A DNA stretch of 63,171 nt from Chromatiales bacterium (GTDB taxonomy: Bacteria > Pseudomonadota > Gammaproteobacteria > SZUA-152), in NCBI GenBank assembly GCA_026982475.1, contig JALSHB010000112.1, positions 1-63,171 on the forward strand, given 5' to 3'. The notes under the pieces are model-generated. The model did not search any database. It was not told where the DNA came from and saw only the letters and a program-made list of their open reading frames with translations. Below are positions 20,003-40,944 of this stretch, piece after piece; the stretch's first letter is position 1; every line of letters starts with the position of its first letter. A program made the translations under genes and the position numbers.

Positions 20003-20169
20003 GCAGAGATTGATTAGCGTAGAGGCCCGGGCATTGCGTCCCGGGCAGACCTCTCGGTATCGGTGGGGGCTGGTGGCTTTTTCGTCACCGGCCTTTTGCC
20101 GCTACTGCGGGGGATTTGTTGTTGCCGGCATGGCGATTGACGAGAGTCGTGGACTATAGAGGAACTCAG

Positions 20170-24423
<4,254 letters not shown>

Positions 24424-24453
24424 CCCGCGTCGTCGACAACAGGTGGAGACATT

Positions 24454-28677
<4,224 letters not shown>

Positions 28678-28724
28678 TCGCGTGAATAGCCTCGGGAAAT
28701 ATCCTTTTTGAGGCCGGCGCGGGC

Positions 28725-28753
28725 TTGACAGTCAAAGCCCATGCGCCTAAAAT
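28725..28753 (+). promoter_or_regulatory. Candidate sigma70 promoter upstream of rpsL
   Basis: TTGACA (28725-28730), a 17-nt spacer, then TAAAAT (28748-28753). Confidence 0.5.
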
Positions 28754-28766
28754 TCGCGCTCCTCTG

Positions 28767-28797
28767 AACAGGCGGGACCTCCCGCCTGTTATTTATT
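28767..28797 (+). terminator. Terminator-like hairpin in the rpoC-rpsL spacer
   Basis: AACAGGCGGG-ACCT-CCCGCCTGTT is a perfect 10-bp stem followed by ATTTATT. It ends 21 nt before the rpsL ATG. Confidence 0.5.
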
Positions 28798-28818
28798 CAA
28801 GGGTTGGAGCAAGTTTAC

Positions 28819-29193
28819 ATGCCAACGGTGAATCAGTTGGTCCGCAAGGGTCGGGCCCGCCAAAAAGCAAAAAGTAATGTGCCTGCACTGGAGGCCTGTC
28901 CGCAGCGCCGCGGTGTGTGTACGCGCGTTTACACGACCACGCCGAAGAAGCCGAACTCGGCGCTGCGCAAGGTCGCTCGCGTCCGTCTGACCAATGGTCA
29001 GGAAGTCACCACCTATATCGGTGGTGAGGGGCATAATCTGCAGGAGCACTCGGTGATCCTGATTCGCGGCGGACGTGTAAAGGATCTTCCCGGCGTGCGT
29101 TACCACACCGTGCGCGGCAGTCTCGACACCTCCGGCGTGAGTGATCGCCGCCAGGGTCGTTCGAAGTACGGCGCCAAGCGTCCCAAGTCCTGA
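28819..29193 (+). CDS. rpsL: 30S ribosomal protein S12
   Basis: The 124-aa product from ATG 28819 begins [12 protein letters not shown]. Confidence 0.97.
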   Translation: MPTVNQLVRKGRARQKAKSNVPALEACPQRRGVCTRVYTTTPKKPNSALRKVARVRLTNGQEVTTYIGGEGHNLQEHSVILIRGGRVKDLPGVRYHTVRGSLDTSGVSDRRQGRSKYGAKRPKS

Positions 29194-29257
29194 TCCAGGT
29201 TGTCTATCCCTGGTTTTTTTATAAATTGGTTTTCGCCGGCAAGGTTGAGTAATCAGA

Positions 29258-29728
29258 ATGGCTAGAAGAAGAGTTGCAGCAAAACGTACCGTACTGCCTG
29301 ATCCCAAGTTCAAGGATCAGACGGTCGCCAAATTCGTCAACATGTTGATGCTGGACGGCAAGAAGTCTGTCGCCGAGCGCGTCGTCTACGGCGCTCTCGA
29401 TCAGGTTGTTGACCGCACCAAGGGCGAGCCGGTCGAGCTGCTCAACAAGGCGCTGGAGAATGTGCGCCCGATGGTCGAGGTGAAGTCCCGTCGTGTCGGT
29501 GGCGCCACCTATCAGGTGCCCGTCGAGGTGCGTGCCGAGCGTCGTATCACGCTGGCCATGCGCTGGCTGGTCGATGCCGCGCGCAAGCGTGGCGAAAAAT
29601 CCATGGATCGCCGGCTTGCGGGTGAGATTATGGATGCGGTGGAAGGGCGCGGCGCGGCGGTCAAGCGTCGTGAAGATGTCCATCGCATGGCGGAGGCCAA
29701 CAAGGCCTTCTCTCACTACCGCTGGTAA
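29258..29728 (+). CDS. rpsG: 30S ribosomal protein S7
   Basis: [40 protein letters not shown]. Confidence 0.97.
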   Translation: MARRRVAAKRTVLPDPKFKDQTVAKFVNMLMLDGKKSVAERVVYGALDQVVDRTKGEPVELLNKALENVRPMVEVKSRRVGGATYQVPVEVRAERRITLAMRWLVDAARKRGEKSMDRRLAGEIMDAVEGRGAAVKRREDVHRMAEANKAFSHYRW

Positions 29729-29788
29729 CCTGGCCCCCGCAGTTGGCCGGTTCATTCAAAAGAAGCACCCTGGAAAGAGATTCAAGAC

Positions 29789-31888
29789 GTGGCGCGTAAA
29801 ACACCAATCGAACGTTATCGCAATATCGGCATCATGGCCCACATCGATGCCGGTAAGACAACCACCACCGAGCGCGTGCTGTTCTATACCGGCATGTCGC
29901 ACAAGATCGGTGAGGTGCATGACGGCGCCGCGACCATGGACTGGATGGAGCAGGAGCAGGAGCGTGGCATCACCATCACCTCTGCGGCCACCACCTGTTT
30001 CTGGGGTGGCATGGACAAGCAGTTCGATCAGCATCGCATCAACATCATCGATACCCCCGGGCACGTCGACTTCACCATCGAAGTGGAGCGTTCCCTGCGC
30101 GTGCTCGATGGCGCCTGTGCGGTGTTCTGCGCGGTGGGTGGCGTCGAGCCGCAATCCGAGACGGTCTGGCGTCAGGCCAACAAGTATCAAGTGCCGCGCA
30201 TGGCCTTCGTCAACAAGATGGACCGCTCCGGCGCGGACTTCCTGCGTGTGGTCGGTCAGCTGAAGGAGCGTCTGGGCGCCAACCCGGTGCCGATGCAGTT
30301 GAATATCGGTGCCGAAGAGAACTTCGAAGGCGTCGTCGACCTGGTGCGCATGAAGGCCATCTACTGGAATGAGGCCGACATGGGCGCGACCTATGAGGAG
30401 CGCGAGATTCCGGCCGAGCTGAAGGGCAAGGCCGAGGAGCTGCGTGAGCAGATGATCGAGGCCGCCGCCGAGGCCGATGAAGAGTTGATGGAGAAGTACC
30501 TCGAGGGCGGCGAGCTGACCAACGAGGAGATCAAGAAGGGCATTCGTCTGCAGACCCTGGCCAACGAGATCGTGCCCTGTTTCTGTGGCTCCGCCTTCAA
30601 GAACAAGGGCGTGCAGGCGATGCTCGACGCCATCGTCGAGTACATGCCTTCACCGGTGGACGTCCCGGCCATCACGGGTGTGCTGGATGATGCCGACGAG
30701 ACCGAGGCCGAGCGCCCGGCCTCCGACGATGCGCCGTTTGCTGCGCTGGCCTTCAAGATCGCTACCGATCCCTTCGTCGGCACGCTGACCTTCTTCCGCG
30801 TGTATTCTGGCGTGATCAATTCCGGTGACTTCGTCTACAACCCGGTGAAGTCCAAGAAAGAGCGCTTCGGCCGCATCGTGCAGATGCACGCCAATTCACG
30901 TGAAGAGATCAAGGAAGTTCGCGCCGGCGACATCGCCGCGGCGGTCGGTCTCAAGGACGTCACTACCGGCGACACCCTGTGCGACCTCAAGGAAGTGATC
31001 ACCCTGGAGCGCATGGAGTTCCCGGAGCCGGTGATTTCCGTGGCCATCGAGCCCAAGACCAAGCCGGACCAGGAAAAGATGGGCGTGGCCCTCGGCAAAC
31101 TGGCGCAGGAGGATCCGTCCTTCCGTGTGCACACCGACGAGGAGTCCGGGCAGACCATCATCTCCGGCATGGGCGAGCTGCATCTCGACATCATCGTCGA
31201 TCGCATGCGCCGCGAGTTCAAGGTTGAGGCCAATGTGGGCGCGCCGCAGGTGGCCTATCGTGAGACCATTCGCAAGAGCGTCGAGGCCGAAGGCAAGTTC
31301 GTGCGCCAGTCCGGTGGTCGCGGTCAGTACGGCCACGTCTGGTTGCGGCTGGAGCCGCAGGAGCCGGGCACCGGTTATGAATTCGTCAACGAGATCGTTG
31401 GCGGCGTGGTGCCGCGTGAGTACATCGGCGCCGTCGACAAGGGCATTCAGGAACAGATGGAAAACGGCGTCATCGCCGGCTTCCCTGTGGTGGATGTCAA
31501 GGTCACCCTGTACGACGGTTCCTACCATGATGTCGACTCCTCGGAAATGGCCTTCAAGATCGCCGGCTCCATGGGCTTCAAGAACGGCGCCGCGAAAGCG
31601 AACCCGGTGTTGCTCGAACCCATCATGAATGTCGAGGTGGTAACGCCGGAAGACTATATGGGTGACGTGATGGGAGACCTGAACCGCCGCCGCGGCCTCG
31701 TCCAGGGTATGGAAGATTCGGTGACCGGCAAGGTGATCCGTGCAGAGGTGCCGCTGGCCGAGATGTTCGGTTATGCCACCGATCTGCGTTCATCGACCCA
31801 GGGTCGCGCCACCTACACCATGGTATTTGGCAAGTATGCCGAGGCGCCCGCCAGTGTCGCCGAAGCCGTCATCAAGAAAGCATCTTAA
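29789..31888 (+). CDS. fusA: Elongation factor G
   Basis: GTG start; (M)[30 protein letters not shown]; 699 aa. Confidence 0.97.
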   Translation: MARKTPIERYRNIGIMAHIDAGKTTTTERVLFYTGMSHKIGEVHDGAATMDWMEQEQERGITITSAATTCFWGGMDKQFDQHRINIIDTPGHVDFTIEVERSLRVLDGACAVFCAVGGVEPQSETVWRQANKYQVPRMAFVNKMDRSGADFLRVVGQLKERLGANPVPMQLNIGAEENFEGVVDLVRMKAIYWNEADMGATYEEREIPAELKGKAEELREQMIEAAAEADEELMEKYLEGGELTNEEIKKGIRLQTLANEIVPCFCGSAFKNKGVQAMLDAIVEYMPSPVDVPAITGVLDDADETEAERPASDDAPFAALAFKIATDPFVGTLTFFRVYSGVINSGDFVYNPVKSKKERFGRIVQMHANSREEIKEVRAGDIAAAVGLKDVTTGDTLCDLKEVITLERMEFPEPVISVAIEPKTKPDQEKMGVALGKLAQEDPSFRVHTDEESGQTIISGMGELHLDIIVDRMRREFKVEANVGAPQVAYRETIRKSVEAEGKFVRQSGGRGQYGHVWLRLEPQEPGTGYEFVNEIVGGVVPREYIGAVDKGIQEQMENGVIAGFPVVDVKVTLYDGSYHDVDSSEMAFKIAGSMGFKNGAAKANPVLLEPIMNVEVVTPEDYMGDVMGDLNRRRGLVQGMEDSVTGKVIRAEVPLAEMFGYATDLRSSTQGRATYTMVFGKYAEAPASVAEAVIKKAS

Positions 31889-31921
31889 GATTGGTTAAAT
31901 TTGAGATAAGGGGTTAACGCC

Positions 31922-33112
31922 GTGTCCAAAGAAAAGTTTGAACGAACGAAACCGCATGTCAACGTTGGCACCATTGGCCACGTCGATCATGGCAAGACCA
32001 CGCTGACCGCAGCCCTGACCAAGGTCATGGCGGAGAAGCACGGCGGTGAATTCAAGGCCTACGACCAGATCGACGGCGCCCCCGAAGAGCGCGCGCGCGG
32101 CATCACCATCGCCACCGCCCACGTCGAATACGAGTCCGACAACCGCCACTACGCGCACGTCGACTGCCCCGGCCACGCCGACTACGTGAAGAACATGATC
32201 ACCGGCGCCGCGCAGATGGACGGCGCGATCCTGGTGGTGTCCGCCGCCGACGGCCCCATGCCGCAGACCCGCGAGCACATCCTGCTGTCGCGTCAGGTGG
32301 GCGTTCCCTACATCCTGGTGTACATGAACAAGGCCGACATGGTCGACGACGAAGAGCTGCTCGAGCTGGTCGAGATGGAGATCCGCGAGCTGCTGGACAC
32401 CTACGACTTCCCCGGCGACGACACCCCGGTGGTCATCGGCTCCGCCCTCAAGGCCCTGGAAGGCGACCAGTCCGAGATCGGCGTGCCCTCCATCCTCAAG
32501 CTGGTCGAGGAGATGGACAACTACATCCCCACCCCGGAGCGCGCCGTCGACGGCGACTTCCTGATGCCGGTGGAAGACGTGTTCTCCATCTCCGGTCGTG
32601 GCACCGTGGTCACCGGCCGTATCGAGCGCGGCGTGGTGCACGTTGGCGACGAAATCGAAATCGTCGGCATCAAGGACACCATGAAGACCACCTGCACCGG
32701 GGTGGAAATGTTCCGCAAGCTGCTCGACGAAGGCCAGGCTGGCGACAACGTTGGCGTGCTGCTGCGCGGCACCAAGCGTGAAGAAGTCGAGCGCGGCCAG
32801 GTGCTGGCCAAGCCCGGCTCGATCACCCCGCACACCAAGTTCGAGTGCGAAGTGTACGTGCTGAGCAAGGACGAAGGCGGGCGTCACACGCCGTTCTTCA
32901 ACAACTACCGTCCGCAGTTCTACTTCCGCACCACCGACGTCACCGGTGCCTGCGACCTGCCTGACGGTGTTGAGATGGTGATGCCGGGTGACAACGTCAA
33001 CATGACGGTGACCCTGATTGCGCCGATTGCCATGGAAGAAGGTCTGCGTTTCGCGATTCGCGAAGGCGGCCGCACCGTGGGCGCGGGCGTGGTCTCCAAG
33101 ATCATCGAGTAA
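31922..33112 (+). CDS. tuf: Elongation factor Tu (copy 2, tufA-like position)
   Basis: GTG start. The 396-aa protein is identical to copy 1. Confidence 0.97.
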   Translation: MSKEKFERTKPHVNVGTIGHVDHGKTTLTAALTKVMAEKHGGEFKAYDQIDGAPEERARGITIATAHVEYESDNRHYAHVDCPGHADYVKNMITGAAQMDGAILVVSAADGPMPQTREHILLSRQVGVPYILVYMNKADMVDDEELLELVEMEIRELLDTYDFPGDDTPVVIGSALKALEGDQSEIGVPSILKLVEEMDNYIPTPERAVDGDFLMPVEDVFSISGRGTVVTGRIERGVVHVGDEIEIVGIKDTMKTTCTGVEMFRKLLDEGQAGDNVGVLLRGTKREEVERGQVLAKPGSITPHTKFECEVYVLSKDEGGRHTPFFNNYRPQFYFRTTDVTGACDLPDGVEMVMPGDNVNMTVTLIAPIAMEEGLRFAIREGGRTVGAGVVSKIIE

Positions 33113-33211
33113 GTTACAGGTAGTCAACAAGGGCTGAGCCGGTGAGGCTTTGCTTCGCCGCTCGGTCCTTGTCAGTTGATACGCAGCATTTATTGATAAA
33201 GGTCGGCAAAA

Positions 33212-33526
33212 ATGGCAGCAGGACAGAGAATTCGCATCCGCTTAAAGGCTTTTGATCATCGTCTGATCGATCAGTCTGCGCAGGAAATCGTTGAAACCGC
33301 GAAACGCACGGGTGCGCAGGTTCACGGGCCGATTCCGCTGCCGACCAAGAAGGAGCGCTGGACCGTGCTGATTTCTCCGCATGTCAACAAGGACGCGCGT
33401 GACCAGTACGAGATCCGCACCCACAAGCGTCTGATGGATATCGTCGATCCCACCGACAAGACCGTCGATGCGCTGATGAAGCTGGACCTGGCTGCGGGTG
33501 TCGATGTCCAGATCAAGCTGGGCTGA
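33212..33526 (+). CDS. rpsJ: 30S ribosomal protein S10
   Basis: [35 protein letters not shown]. Confidence 0.97.
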   Translation: MAAGQRIRIRLKAFDHRLIDQSAQEIVETAKRTGAQVHGPIPLPTKKERWTVLISPHVNKDARDQYEIRTHKRLMDIVDPTDKTVDALMKLDLAAGVDVQIKLG

Positions 33527-33588
33527 GTTTACGAATTTCAGATGGTTTAAGTGCCGGTACAGAACCGGCAGATATTGAGGAATGAAAG

Positions 33589-34233
33589 ATGACGATCGGA
33601 GTAGTCGGCCGCAAGGCAGGAATGACTCGCATCTTCACCGAGGAGGGTGTTTCCATCCCGGTGACGGTCATCGAGGTTGAGCCCAATCGCGTGACCCAGG
33701 TCAAGACGCTGGATGTGGATGGTTATCGCGCCGTGCAGGTGACCACCGGCAGCCGCCGCCCGTCCCGTGTCAACAAGCCGGCCGCTGGACACTTCGCCAA
33801 GGCGGGTGTGGAAGCCGGTCGTGGTCTTTGGGAGTTTCGTCTCGATGATGGCGAGGGTGAAGATATCGCCGCTGGTGACAGCGTGAGCGTGGAGATCTTC
33901 TCCGAAGGCCAGAAGGTCGACGTGTCGGGTACCAGCATCGGTAAGGGTTTTGCGGGCGTCATCAAGCGCCACAATTTCCACATGCAGGATGCCACGCACG
34001 GTAACTCGCTGTCTCACCGCGCGCCGGGTTCCATTGGTCTGGGCCAGACTCCAGGCCATGTGTTCAAGGGCAAGAAGATGGCCGGTCACATGGGCGCGGT
34101 GCGCAAGACCGTGCAGAACCTGGAAGTCGTGCGCGTCGATGCCGAGCGCAATATTGTGCTGGTCAAGGGTGCCGTGCCCGGGGCCAAGGGCGGCGATGTG
34201 ATCGTCCGCGCAGCAGTCAAAGCACGTAGCTAA
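33589..34233 (+). CDS. rplC: 50S ribosomal protein L3
   Basis: [30 protein letters not shown]. Confidence 0.96.
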   Translation: MTIGVVGRKAGMTRIFTEEGVSIPVTVIEVEPNRVTQVKTLDVDGYRAVQVTTGSRRPSRVNKPAAGHFAKAGVEAGRGLWEFRLDDGEGEDIAAGDSVSVEIFSEGQKVDVSGTSIGKGFAGVIKRHNFHMQDATHGNSLSHRAPGSIGLGQTPGHVFKGKKMAGHMGAVRKTVQNLEVVRVDAERNIVLVKGAVPGAKGGDVIVRAAVKARS

Positions 34234-34244
34234 GGGGCGATAGC

Positions 34245-34865
34245 ATGGATCTCAAATTGACAACGGCGACGGGCAAGACCTCCACCAAGACGGTTGAAGT
34301 CTCGGAAGACAATTTCGCCCGTGATTACAATGAAGCCCTGGTGCACCAGGTCGTCACCGCCTATCTGGCGGGTGCCCGCAGTGGCACTCGGGCCAGCAAG
34401 AGCCGCTCCGATGTGCGTGGCGGCGGTGCCAAGCCCTGGCGTCAGAAGGGCACCGGCCGCGCCCGCGCCGGCACCTCCAGCAGCCCCATCTGGCGCAGCG
34501 GCGGCCACACCTTTGCGCTGCGTCCGCAGGACCACTCGCAGAAGGTGAACAAGAAAATGTACCGCGGCGCAATGCGCGCGATCCTGTCCGAACTGGTCCG
34601 TCAGGAGCGCCTGAAGATCGTCGACAGCCTCGACTTCGAGGCGCCGAAGACCAAGGCGCTGGTGGAAAAGCTGGATGCGATGGGTTTCGACGGCGGCTTG
34701 ATCGTCACGGATGGCGAGAGTGAAAACCTCTACCTGTCCGCGCGCAACCTGCACAAGGTCGACGTTTGTGGTGCGCGAGAAATTGATCCGGTCAGCCTGG
34801 TCAACAGCAACAATGTGCTGATGACGGTCGCGGCCGTGAAACAGATTGAGGAGATGCTCGGATGA
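34245..34865 (+). CDS. rplD: 50S ribosomal protein L4
   Basis: 206 aa with [14 protein letters not shown], in S10-operon order. Confidence 0.96.
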   Translation: MDLKLTTATGKTSTKTVEVSEDNFARDYNEALVHQVVTAYLAGARSGTRASKSRSDVRGGGAKPWRQKGTGRARAGTSSSPIWRSGGHTFALRPQDHSQKVNKKMYRGAMRAILSELVRQERLKIVDSLDFEAPKTKALVEKLDAMGFDGGLIVTDGESENLYLSARNLHKVDVCGAREIDPVSLVNSNNVLMTVAAVKQIEEMLG

Positions 34866-35158
34866 ATCAGGAACGCATCATGAAGGTCATCCTGGCCCCG
34901 CATATTACTGAAAAGGCGGCAAACGTCGGTGAGTCCAGCAACCAGTATGTGTTCAAGGTTGCTACCGATGCCACCAAGCCTGAGATCAAGCAGGCGGTAG
35001 AAACGCTGTTTGAAGTGGAAGTTGATGCCGTTCGCGTGCTCAATACCAAGGGTAAGACCAAGCGTTCTGGTGTCCGTATGGGGCGTCGAAAGGACTGGAA
35101 AAAGGCCTATGTACGTGTCAAGGCCGGCCAGGAAATCGACTTCATCGGCGGCGAATAA
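34862..35158 (+). CDS. rplW: 50S ribosomal protein L23
   Basis: 98 aa with [10 protein letters not shown]. It overlaps the rplD stop by 4 nt. Confidence 0.95.
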   Translation: MNQERIMKVILAPHITEKAANVGESSNQYVFKVATDATKPEIKQAVETLFEVEVDAVRVLNTKGKTKRSGVRMGRRKDWKKAYVRVKAGQEIDFIGGE

Positions 35159-35176
35159 GGTAGCGGAGTAGGTAGA

Positions 35177-36004
35177 ATGGCAATCGTAAAAGCAAAACCG
35201 ACGTCACCCGGCCGCCGTTTCGTGGTCGAGATCGTCAACCCGGACCTGCACAAGGGCGCCCCCTATGCCGGCTTGCTGGAAAAGAAGTCGCGCACGGGTG
35301 GCCGCAACAACCAGGGTCGCATCACCACGCGCCACAAGGGTGGCGGCCACAAGCAGCACTATCGCATCATCGATTTCAAGCGCAACAAGGACGGTATTCC
35401 TGGTCGCGTCGAGCGCCTGGAATATGATCCGAACCGCAGCGCGAACATCGCCCTGGTGCTGTACGCCGATGGCGAGCGTCGTTACATCATCGCACCCAAG
35501 GGCGTGAGCGCCGGTTGCGAGATCATGTCCGGCGCCGAGGCACCCATCAAGCCCGGCAACTGCCTGACCCTGCGTCGCATGCCGGTGGGTACCACCATTC
35601 ACTGCATCGAGCTGAAGCCTGGCAAGGGTGCACAGATTGCGCGCAGTGCCGGCACCTCCGCCCAACTGGTCGCCCGTGAGGGTGATTACGCGACCCTGCG
35701 CCTGCGCTCCGGCGAGATGCGCAAGGTGCACGTGGAGTGCCGCGCGGTGGTCGGCGAAGTGGGTAACAGTGAGCACAGCCTGCGTTCACTGGGCAAGGCC
35801 GGTGCCTCGCGCTGGCGCGGTGTTCGTCCCACCGTTCGCGGTGTGGCCATGAATCCCGTGGACCATCCGCATGGCGGTGGTGAGGGTCGAACATCGGGTG
35901 GCCGCCATCCGGTTTCCCCCTGGGGTGTGCCGACCAAGGGTTACAAGACCCGCAGCAACAAACGGACCGATGGCATGATTGTTCGCCGTCGCAAATCTAA
36001 GTAA
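35177..36004 (+). CDS. rplB: 50S ribosomal protein L2
   Basis: [17 protein letters not shown]...[21 protein letters not shown]. Confidence 0.97.
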   Translation: MAIVKAKPTSPGRRFVVEIVNPDLHKGAPYAGLLEKKSRTGGRNNQGRITTRHKGGGHKQHYRIIDFKRNKDGIPGRVERLEYDPNRSANIALVLYADGERRYIIAPKGVSAGCEIMSGAEAPIKPGNCLTLRRMPVGTTIHCIELKPGKGAQIARSAGTSAQLVAREGDYATLRLRSGEMRKVHVECRAVVGEVGNSEHSLRSLGKAGASRWRGVRPTVRGVAMNPVDHPHGGGEGRTSGGRHPVSPWGVPTKGYKTRSNKRTDGMIVRRRKSK

Positions 36005-36022
36005 GAAAAGAGAGTCAGGACT

Positions 36023-36295
36023 GTGCCACGTTCAGTTAGCAAAGGGCCTTTTGTCGATCTGCATCTCCTGAAGAAAGTTCAGGTGGCCGCAGAAACCAAT
36101 AACCGGAAACCGATCAAGACCTGGTCTCGCCGTTCCATGGTGCTGCCGGAAATGCTCGGTCTTACCATCGCTGTGCATAATGGTCGACAGCATGTACCGG
36201 TGTTCATCACCGAGGACATGGTGGGTTACAAGTTGGGTGAGTTCGCCCCGACCCGCACCTACAAAGGCCACGCTGCCGACAAGAAAGGCCGCTAA
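36023..36295 (+). CDS. rpsS: 30S ribosomal protein S19
   Basis: GTG start; (M)[18 protein letters not shown]. Confidence 0.96.
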   Translation: MPRSVSKGPFVDLHLLKKVQVAAETNNRKPIKTWSRRSMVLPEMLGLTIAVHNGRQHVPVFITEDMVGYKLGEFAPTRTYKGHAADKKGR

Positions 36296-36307
36296 GGGGT
36301 TACCGAG

Positions 36308-36640
36308 ATGGAAGTAAGTGCAAAATTGAGGAATGCGCCGTTGTCCGCACAGAAGGGCCGCCTGGTCGCAGATCAGATTCGTGGTCTTTCCGTGGAGAAG
36401 GCGATCCAGACGCTGGCCTTCAGTCCCAAAAAGGCCGCCCACCTGGTGAAGAAGGTGCTCGAATCCGCCATCGCCAATGCCGAGCATAACGAAGGTGCCG
36501 ACATCGACGAACTGAAGGTCAAGACGATCTTCGTTGACGAGGGCCCGACCTACAAGCGCATGCGCGCCCGTGCCAAGGGTCGCGGTACGCGCATCCTGAA
36601 GCGTCGTGCACATATCACCGTCACCGTCAGCGACAGTTAA
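36308..36640 (+). CDS. rplV: 50S ribosomal protein L22
   Basis: [26 protein letters not shown]. Confidence 0.96.
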   Translation: MEVSAKLRNAPLSAQKGRLVADQIRGLSVEKAIQTLAFSPKKAAHLVKKVLESAIANAEHNEGADIDELKVKTIFVDEGPTYKRMRARAKGRGTRILKRRAHITVTVSDS

Positions 36641-36651
36641 GAGGCAGAGCA

Positions 36652-37323
36652 ATGGGTCAGAAAGTACATCCGATAGGCATTCGTCTTGGCATTGTCAAAG
36701 ACTGGACGTCCAAGTGGTACGCAGACAGCAAGGATTTCGCGGACATCCTCAACCAGGATCTTGAAGTTCGTGACTTCATCAAGAAGAAGCTTTCTCATGC
36801 GTCTGTCAGCCGTGTGCAGATCGAACGACCTGCGAACAATGCGCGTATCACCATTCATACCGCGCGTCCGGGTATCGTCATCGGCAAGAAGGGTGAGGAC
36901 GTTGAACGTCTGCGCCGTTCGGTCAGCCAGATGATGGGTGTGCCGGTGAGCATCAATATCGAAGAGATTCGCAAGCCTGAGCTTGACGCCACGCTGGTGG
37001 CCGAGAACGTTGCCCAGCAGCTTGAGCGTCGCATCATGTTCCGCCGCGCCATGAAGCGTGCGGTACAGAACGCAATGCGTCTGGGCGCTTTGGGCATCAA
37101 GGTTCGCGTCTCCGGTCGTCTGAACGGTGCGGAGATTGCGCGCACCGAGTGGTATCACGAGGGTCGTGTCCCCCTGCACACGCTGAGAGCCGATATCGAC
37201 TATGGCGTCGTCGAGGCCAGCACCACCTATGGCGTGATCGGCGTCAAGGTCTGGTTGTTCAAGGGTGAGGTCTTCGATAAGGGTCAGCCGCCCGCCGCCG
37301 CTGAACAAGCCGCCGCGAAGTAG
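36652..37323 (+). CDS. rpsC: 30S ribosomal protein S3
   Basis: [24 protein letters not shown]. Confidence 0.97.
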   Translation: MGQKVHPIGIRLGIVKDWTSKWYADSKDFADILNQDLEVRDFIKKKLSHASVSRVQIERPANNARITIHTARPGIVIGKKGEDVERLRRSVSQMMGVPVSINIEEIRKPELDATLVAENVAQQLERRIMFRRAMKRAVQNAMRLGALGIKVRVSGRLNGAEIARTEWYHEGRVPLHTLRADIDYGVVEASTTYGVIGVKVWLFKGEVFDKGQPPAAAEQAAAK

Positions 37324-37342
37324 GTTTTAGGGAGACAAGATT

Positions 37343-37756
37343 ATGTTGCAGCCAAAGCGAACGAAATTTCGCAAACAGATGAAAGGCAAGAACCGCGGAC
37401 TGGCGTTTCGCGGTAGTGATGTCAGCTTCGGCGAATGTGGCCTGAAGGCAACCGCGCGTGGACGTATCACCGCGCGTCAGATCGAGGCCGCGCGTCGCGC
37501 CATGACCCGACACATCAAGCGTGGCGGAAAGATCTGGATTCGGGTGTTTCCGGACAAGCCGATTACCAAGAAGCCCCTCGAGGTACGTATGGGCAAGGGC
37601 AAGGGTGCTGTTGAATACTGGGTTGCCCAGATTCAGCCGGGCCGGATGTTATTTGAGATGGAAGGTGTTGCCGAGGACGTGGCGCGCGAGGCATTTCGCC
37701 TGGCGGCTGCCAAGCTGCCTCTGTCGACGACCTTTGTGACGCGGACGGTGATGTGA
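37343..37756 (+). CDS. rplP: 50S ribosomal protein L16
   Basis: [21 protein letters not shown]. Confidence 0.97.
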   Translation: MLQPKRTKFRKQMKGKNRGLAFRGSDVSFGECGLKATARGRITARQIEAARRAMTRHIKRGGKIWIRVFPDKPITKKPLEVRMGKGKGAVEYWVAQIQPGRMLFEMEGVAEDVAREAFRLAAAKLPLSTTFVTRTVM

Positions 37757-37953
37757 TGGACGCAAAAGAATTACGCGGGAAAAGTGCCGCAGAGCTGAAC
37801 GAAGAGTTGCAGAATCTGTTGCGTGAGCAGTTCAATCTGCGCATGCAAAAGGGAACCGGGCAGCTGGGTAACTCGGCGCGCCTGAAAACCGTGCGCCGCG
37901 ATGTGGCGCGCGTCAAGACGATCATGAACGAGATTGCGGGTGGTGCAGAATGA
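37753..37953 (+). CDS. rpmC: 50S ribosomal protein L29
   Basis: 66 aa with [27 protein letters not shown]. Confidence 0.95.
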   Translation: MMDAKELRGKSAAELNEELQNLLREQFNLRMQKGTGQLGNSARLKTVRRDVARVKTIMNEIAGGAE

Positions 37954-38207
37954 GTGAAGAAAAGGCAGTCCGCACACTTGCCGGGCGGGTGATCAGCGAC
38001 AAGATGGACCGTACTGTCACGGTGATGGTTGAGCGTCGTGTCAAGCATCCCTTGTACGGCAAATATATCCGCCGTTCGACCAAGCTGCACGTCCATGACG
38101 AAAACAATGACTGCAACATTGGCGACGAGGTGACCATCACCGAGTGTCGTCCGCTGTCGAAGACCAAGTCCTGGCGGCTGGTTGAAATTGTAAAACGCGC
38201 TAGCTAG
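37950..38207 (+). CDS. rpsQ: 30S ribosomal protein S17
   Basis: 85 aa with [32 protein letters not shown]. Confidence 0.96.
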   Translation: MSEEKAVRTLAGRVISDKMDRTVTVMVERRVKHPLYGKYIRRSTKLHVHDENNDCNIGDEVTITECRPLSKTKSWRLVEIVKRAS

Positions 38208-38260
38208 ACAGCGTGCCCCACCGGCTGCTTTTGGTGGCGGACGGAGCAAAAGGATTGATC

Positions 38261-38294
38261 GCAGAGCCCAAAGCGAAAAAGATTTGGGCTCTGC
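38261..38294 (+). terminator. Hairpin in the S10-spc inter-operon spacer
   Basis: GCAGAGCCCAAA-10 nt-TTTGGGCTCTGC is a perfect 12-bp stem followed by GCGTTT. It overlaps a possible spc promoter, TTGGGC (38284-38289)-17 nt-TATTAT (38307-38312). Confidence 0.4.
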
Positions 38295-38372
38295 GCGTTT
38301 AGGTGGTATTATTTCGCGCCCTCGAACCACGGAGGTTGGAGGGGCTGGGTACAGATTGGCGGAGAAGTATCG

Positions 38373-38741
38373 ATGATTCAGATGCAAACGGTGTTGGATG
38401 TGGCCGATAACAGCGGCGCGCGTCGGCTGATGTGTATCAAAGTCCTGGGTGGCTCAAAGCGCCGTTATGCGGGGATTGGTGACATCATCAAGGTGAGCGT
38501 TAAGGAGGCCATTCCTCGCGGCAAGGTCAAGAAGGGTGAAGTTTATAACGCTGTCGTGGTGCGCACCGCCAAGGGCGTGCGGCGCCCCGATGGCTCGCTG
38601 ATTCGCTTCGATGGCAATGCGGCCGTGTTGTTGAATGCACAGCTGCAGCCCATCGGCACGCGTATCTTTGGCCCGGTGACGCGAGAGCTGCGTGGCGAAC
38701 GTTTCATGAAGATTATTTCGCTGGCACCTGAAGTGCTGTAA
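38373..38741 (+). CDS. rplN: 50S ribosomal protein L14
   Basis: [28 protein letters not shown]. Confidence 0.97.
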   Translation: MIQMQTVLDVADNSGARRLMCIKVLGGSKRRYAGIGDIIKVSVKEAIPRGKVKKGEVYNAVVVRTAKGVRRPDGSLIRFDGNAAVLLNAQLQPIGTRIFGPVTRELRGERFMKIISLAPEVL

Positions 38742-38752
38742 CTGCTGGGGCA

Positions 38753-39076
38753 ATGAGCATGAACAAGATTAAGACAGGTGATGATGTGATCGTCATCGCC
38801 GGTAAAGACAAGGGCAAGCGCGGTTCGGTGCTGAAGATTATCGACAACCAGCGGGTTGTTGTCGAAGGCGTGAATGTCGCCAAGAAGCATGTCAAGCCCA
38901 ATCCGAATGCTGGTGAGCCAGGTGGCATTGTCAAAAAGGAAATGCCGCTTCACATATCGAACGTGGCTGTATTCAATTCGGCTACCGGGAAGGCCGATCG
39001 TGTCGGGATCAAGATCCTGGAAGACGGTCGCCGGGTACGTTACTTCAAGTCCAACAACGAAGTTGTGGACGTTTAA
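38753..39076 (+). CDS. rplX: 50S ribosomal protein L24
   Basis: [27 protein letters not shown] 38759 is an alternative start. Confidence 0.95.
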   Translation: MSMNKIKTGDDVIVIAGKDKGKRGSVLKIIDNQRVVVEGVNVAKKHVKPNPNAGEPGGIVKKEMPLHISNVAVFNSATGKADRVGIKILEDGRRVRYFKSNNEVVDV

Positions 39077-39090
39077 GGCGAGTTAGGCAA

Positions 39091-39630
39091 ATGTCCAGAC
39101 TTAAAGAATTTTACAAGGATTCCGTGGTCAAGCAGCTGCAAGAGCAGTTTGGCTACAAGAGTGTGATGGAGGTCCCGAGGATCACCAAGATCACCCTGAA
39201 CATGGGTGTGGGTGAGGCGATTGGCGACAAGAAGGTGATCCAGAATGCGGTTGCCGACATGGCGAAGATCGCAGGCCAGGCGCCGATTGTCACCAAGGCG
39301 CGTCTTTCCGTTGCCGGTTTCAAGGTACGTGAAGGCTGGCCGGTCGGCTGCAAGGTGACATTGCGCCGCGATCGCATGTATGACTTTCTCGATCGCCTGA
39401 TCACCATTGCCATTCCGCGTATCCGCGACTTCCGTGGCTTGAATGGCAAGGCCTTCGACGGCCGCGGCAATTACAGCATGGGTATCCAGGAACAGATCAT
39501 GTTTCCGGAAATCGATTACGATCAGATCGATGCGATTCGTGGTATGGACATTTGCTTCACCACCACCGCAAAGACTGATGACGAGGCGCGTGCACTGCTG
39601 ACCGCCTTCAATCTTCCGCTTAAAAAGTAA
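39091..39630 (+). CDS. rplE: 50S ribosomal protein L5
   Basis: [31 protein letters not shown]. Confidence 0.97.
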   Translation: MSRLKEFYKDSVVKQLQEQFGYKSVMEVPRITKITLNMGVGEAIGDKKVIQNAVADMAKIAGQAPIVTKARLSVAGFKVREGWPVGCKVTLRRDRMYDFLDRLITIAIPRIRDFRGLNGKAFDGRGNYSMGIQEQIMFPEIDYDQIDAIRGMDICFTTTAKTDDEARALLTAFNLPLKK

Positions 39631-39642
39631 GAGAATCTAGCG

Positions 39643-39948
39643 ATGGCAAAAGTCTCCGTTATTAATCGCGAGCTGAAGCGCGCCCGTTTGGTGAAGAAGT
39701 ACGCCGCCAAGCGCGCCGAGTTGAAGGCGAAGCTGAAGGATCCTTCCCTGAGTTATGAGGAGAAGGAAGAGGTGCGCAAGAAGTTTCAGTCTCTGCCGCG
39801 TGATTCCAGCCCCTGTCGCCAGCGCAACCGCTGCCGGCAGACAGGGCGCCCCCACGGTTACTATCGCAAGTTCGGTCTGAGTCGCACCAAGTTGCGTGAA
39901 GCCGCGATGCGCGGTGATATTCCTGGTCTGGTCAAGGCCAGTTGGTAA
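39643..39948 (+). CDS. rpsN: 30S ribosomal protein S14
   Basis: [20 protein letters not shown]...[21 protein letters not shown]. Confidence 0.96.
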   Translation: MAKVSVINRELKRARLVKKYAAKRAELKAKLKDPSLSYEEKEEVRKKFQSLPRDSSPCRQRNRCRQTGRPHGYYRKFGLSRTKLREAAMRGDIPGLVKASW

Positions 39949-39990
39949 GCGCTGCCGCAGGCAGTGTATTTTTAGTTAGGAGTTTCTGGC

Positions 39991-40386
39991 ATGAGCATGA
40001 CTGATCCCATTGCGGATATGTTGACCCGTGTTCGTAACGCGCTTGCCGCTGGCAAGTTGAGCGTGACGATGCCGTCCTCGAAGCAGAAGGTCGCAATTGC
40101 GAATCTGCTCAAGGATGAAGGGTATATCAATGACGTATCTGTCAAGGATATCGATGGTAAGCCGGTGATGGAAGTTTCCCTCAAGTATTACGAAGGACGC
40201 CCTGTCATCGAACTGATCAAGCGCGTCAGCCGCCCTGGCCTGCGTGTCTATAAAGGCAAGGACGAACTGCCCAGTGTGATGGGTGGTCTGGGTGTTGCCG
40301 TTGTTTCCACCTCCAAGGGTCTGATGACAGATCGCGCCGCCCGCAAGGCCGGTCATGGTGGTGAAATTCTCTGCTTTGTCGCTTAA
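39991..40386 (+). CDS. rpsH: 30S ribosomal protein S8
   Basis: [17 protein letters not shown]. Confidence 0.97.
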   Translation: MSMTDPIADMLTRVRNALAAGKLSVTMPSSKQKVAIANLLKDEGYINDVSVKDIDGKPVMEVSLKYYEGRPVIELIKRVSRPGLRVYKGKDELPSVMGGLGVAVVSTSKGLMTDRAARKAGHGGEILCFVA

Positions 40387-40398
40387 GGGGGGCTAACG

Positions 40399-40932
40399 AT
40401 GTCACGTGTTGCTAAAAACCCCGTTCAGGTTCCCGCAGGTGTCGAGGTCAGGATTGACGGTCAGGCGATCCAGGTCAAGGGCGCCAAGGGCGAGATGTCG
40501 CACCAGATTCACGCCTCCGTCGATGTGAAGCAGGAAGACAATGTGCTGACCTTTACGCCGCGTCATGGTGGCAAAGAGGCCGATGCGCTGGCAGGCACTA
40601 CCCGTGCGCTGCTGAACAACATGGTTGTCGGCGTTACCCAGGGCTTCGAGAAGAAACTGACCCTGGTGGGCGTTGGTTACCGCGCGCAGGCGCAGGGCAA
40701 GGTGCTCAATCTTTCGCTGGGCTTTTCGCACCCGGTCGAGTATCCGGTGCCGGAGGGCGTCAGCATCGAGACCCCCAGCCAGACCGAGGTTGTGGTGAAG
40801 GGGATCGACAAGCAGTTGGTTGGTCAGGTGGCCGCGAATATTCGGGCTTATCGTCCGCCGGAGCCTTATAAGGGCAAGGGCGTTCGCTATTCCGATGAGC
40901 ACGTCGTGCGTAAAGAAGCGAAGAAGAAGTAA
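40399..40932 (+). CDS. rplF: 50S ribosomal protein L6
   Basis: [31 protein letters not shown]. Confidence 0.97.
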   Translation: MSRVAKNPVQVPAGVEVRIDGQAIQVKGAKGEMSHQIHASVDVKQEDNVLTFTPRHGGKEADALAGTTRALLNNMVVGVTQGFEKKLTLVGVGYRAQAQGKVLNLSLGFSHPVEYPVPEGVSIETPSQTEVVVKGIDKQLVGQVAANIRAYRPPEPYKGKGVRYSDEHVVRKEAKKK

Positions 40933-40944
40933 GGGCGAAACATC

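Noticed and set aside
20021-20054. Hairpin between rplL and rpoB as the classical rplL-rpoB attenuator
   Set aside because: The stem (GCCCGGG/CCCGGGC plus an outer AGAG/CTCT) is visible. No U-tract follows, and I cannot support a terminator call from sequence alone, so it was left out of the feature list.
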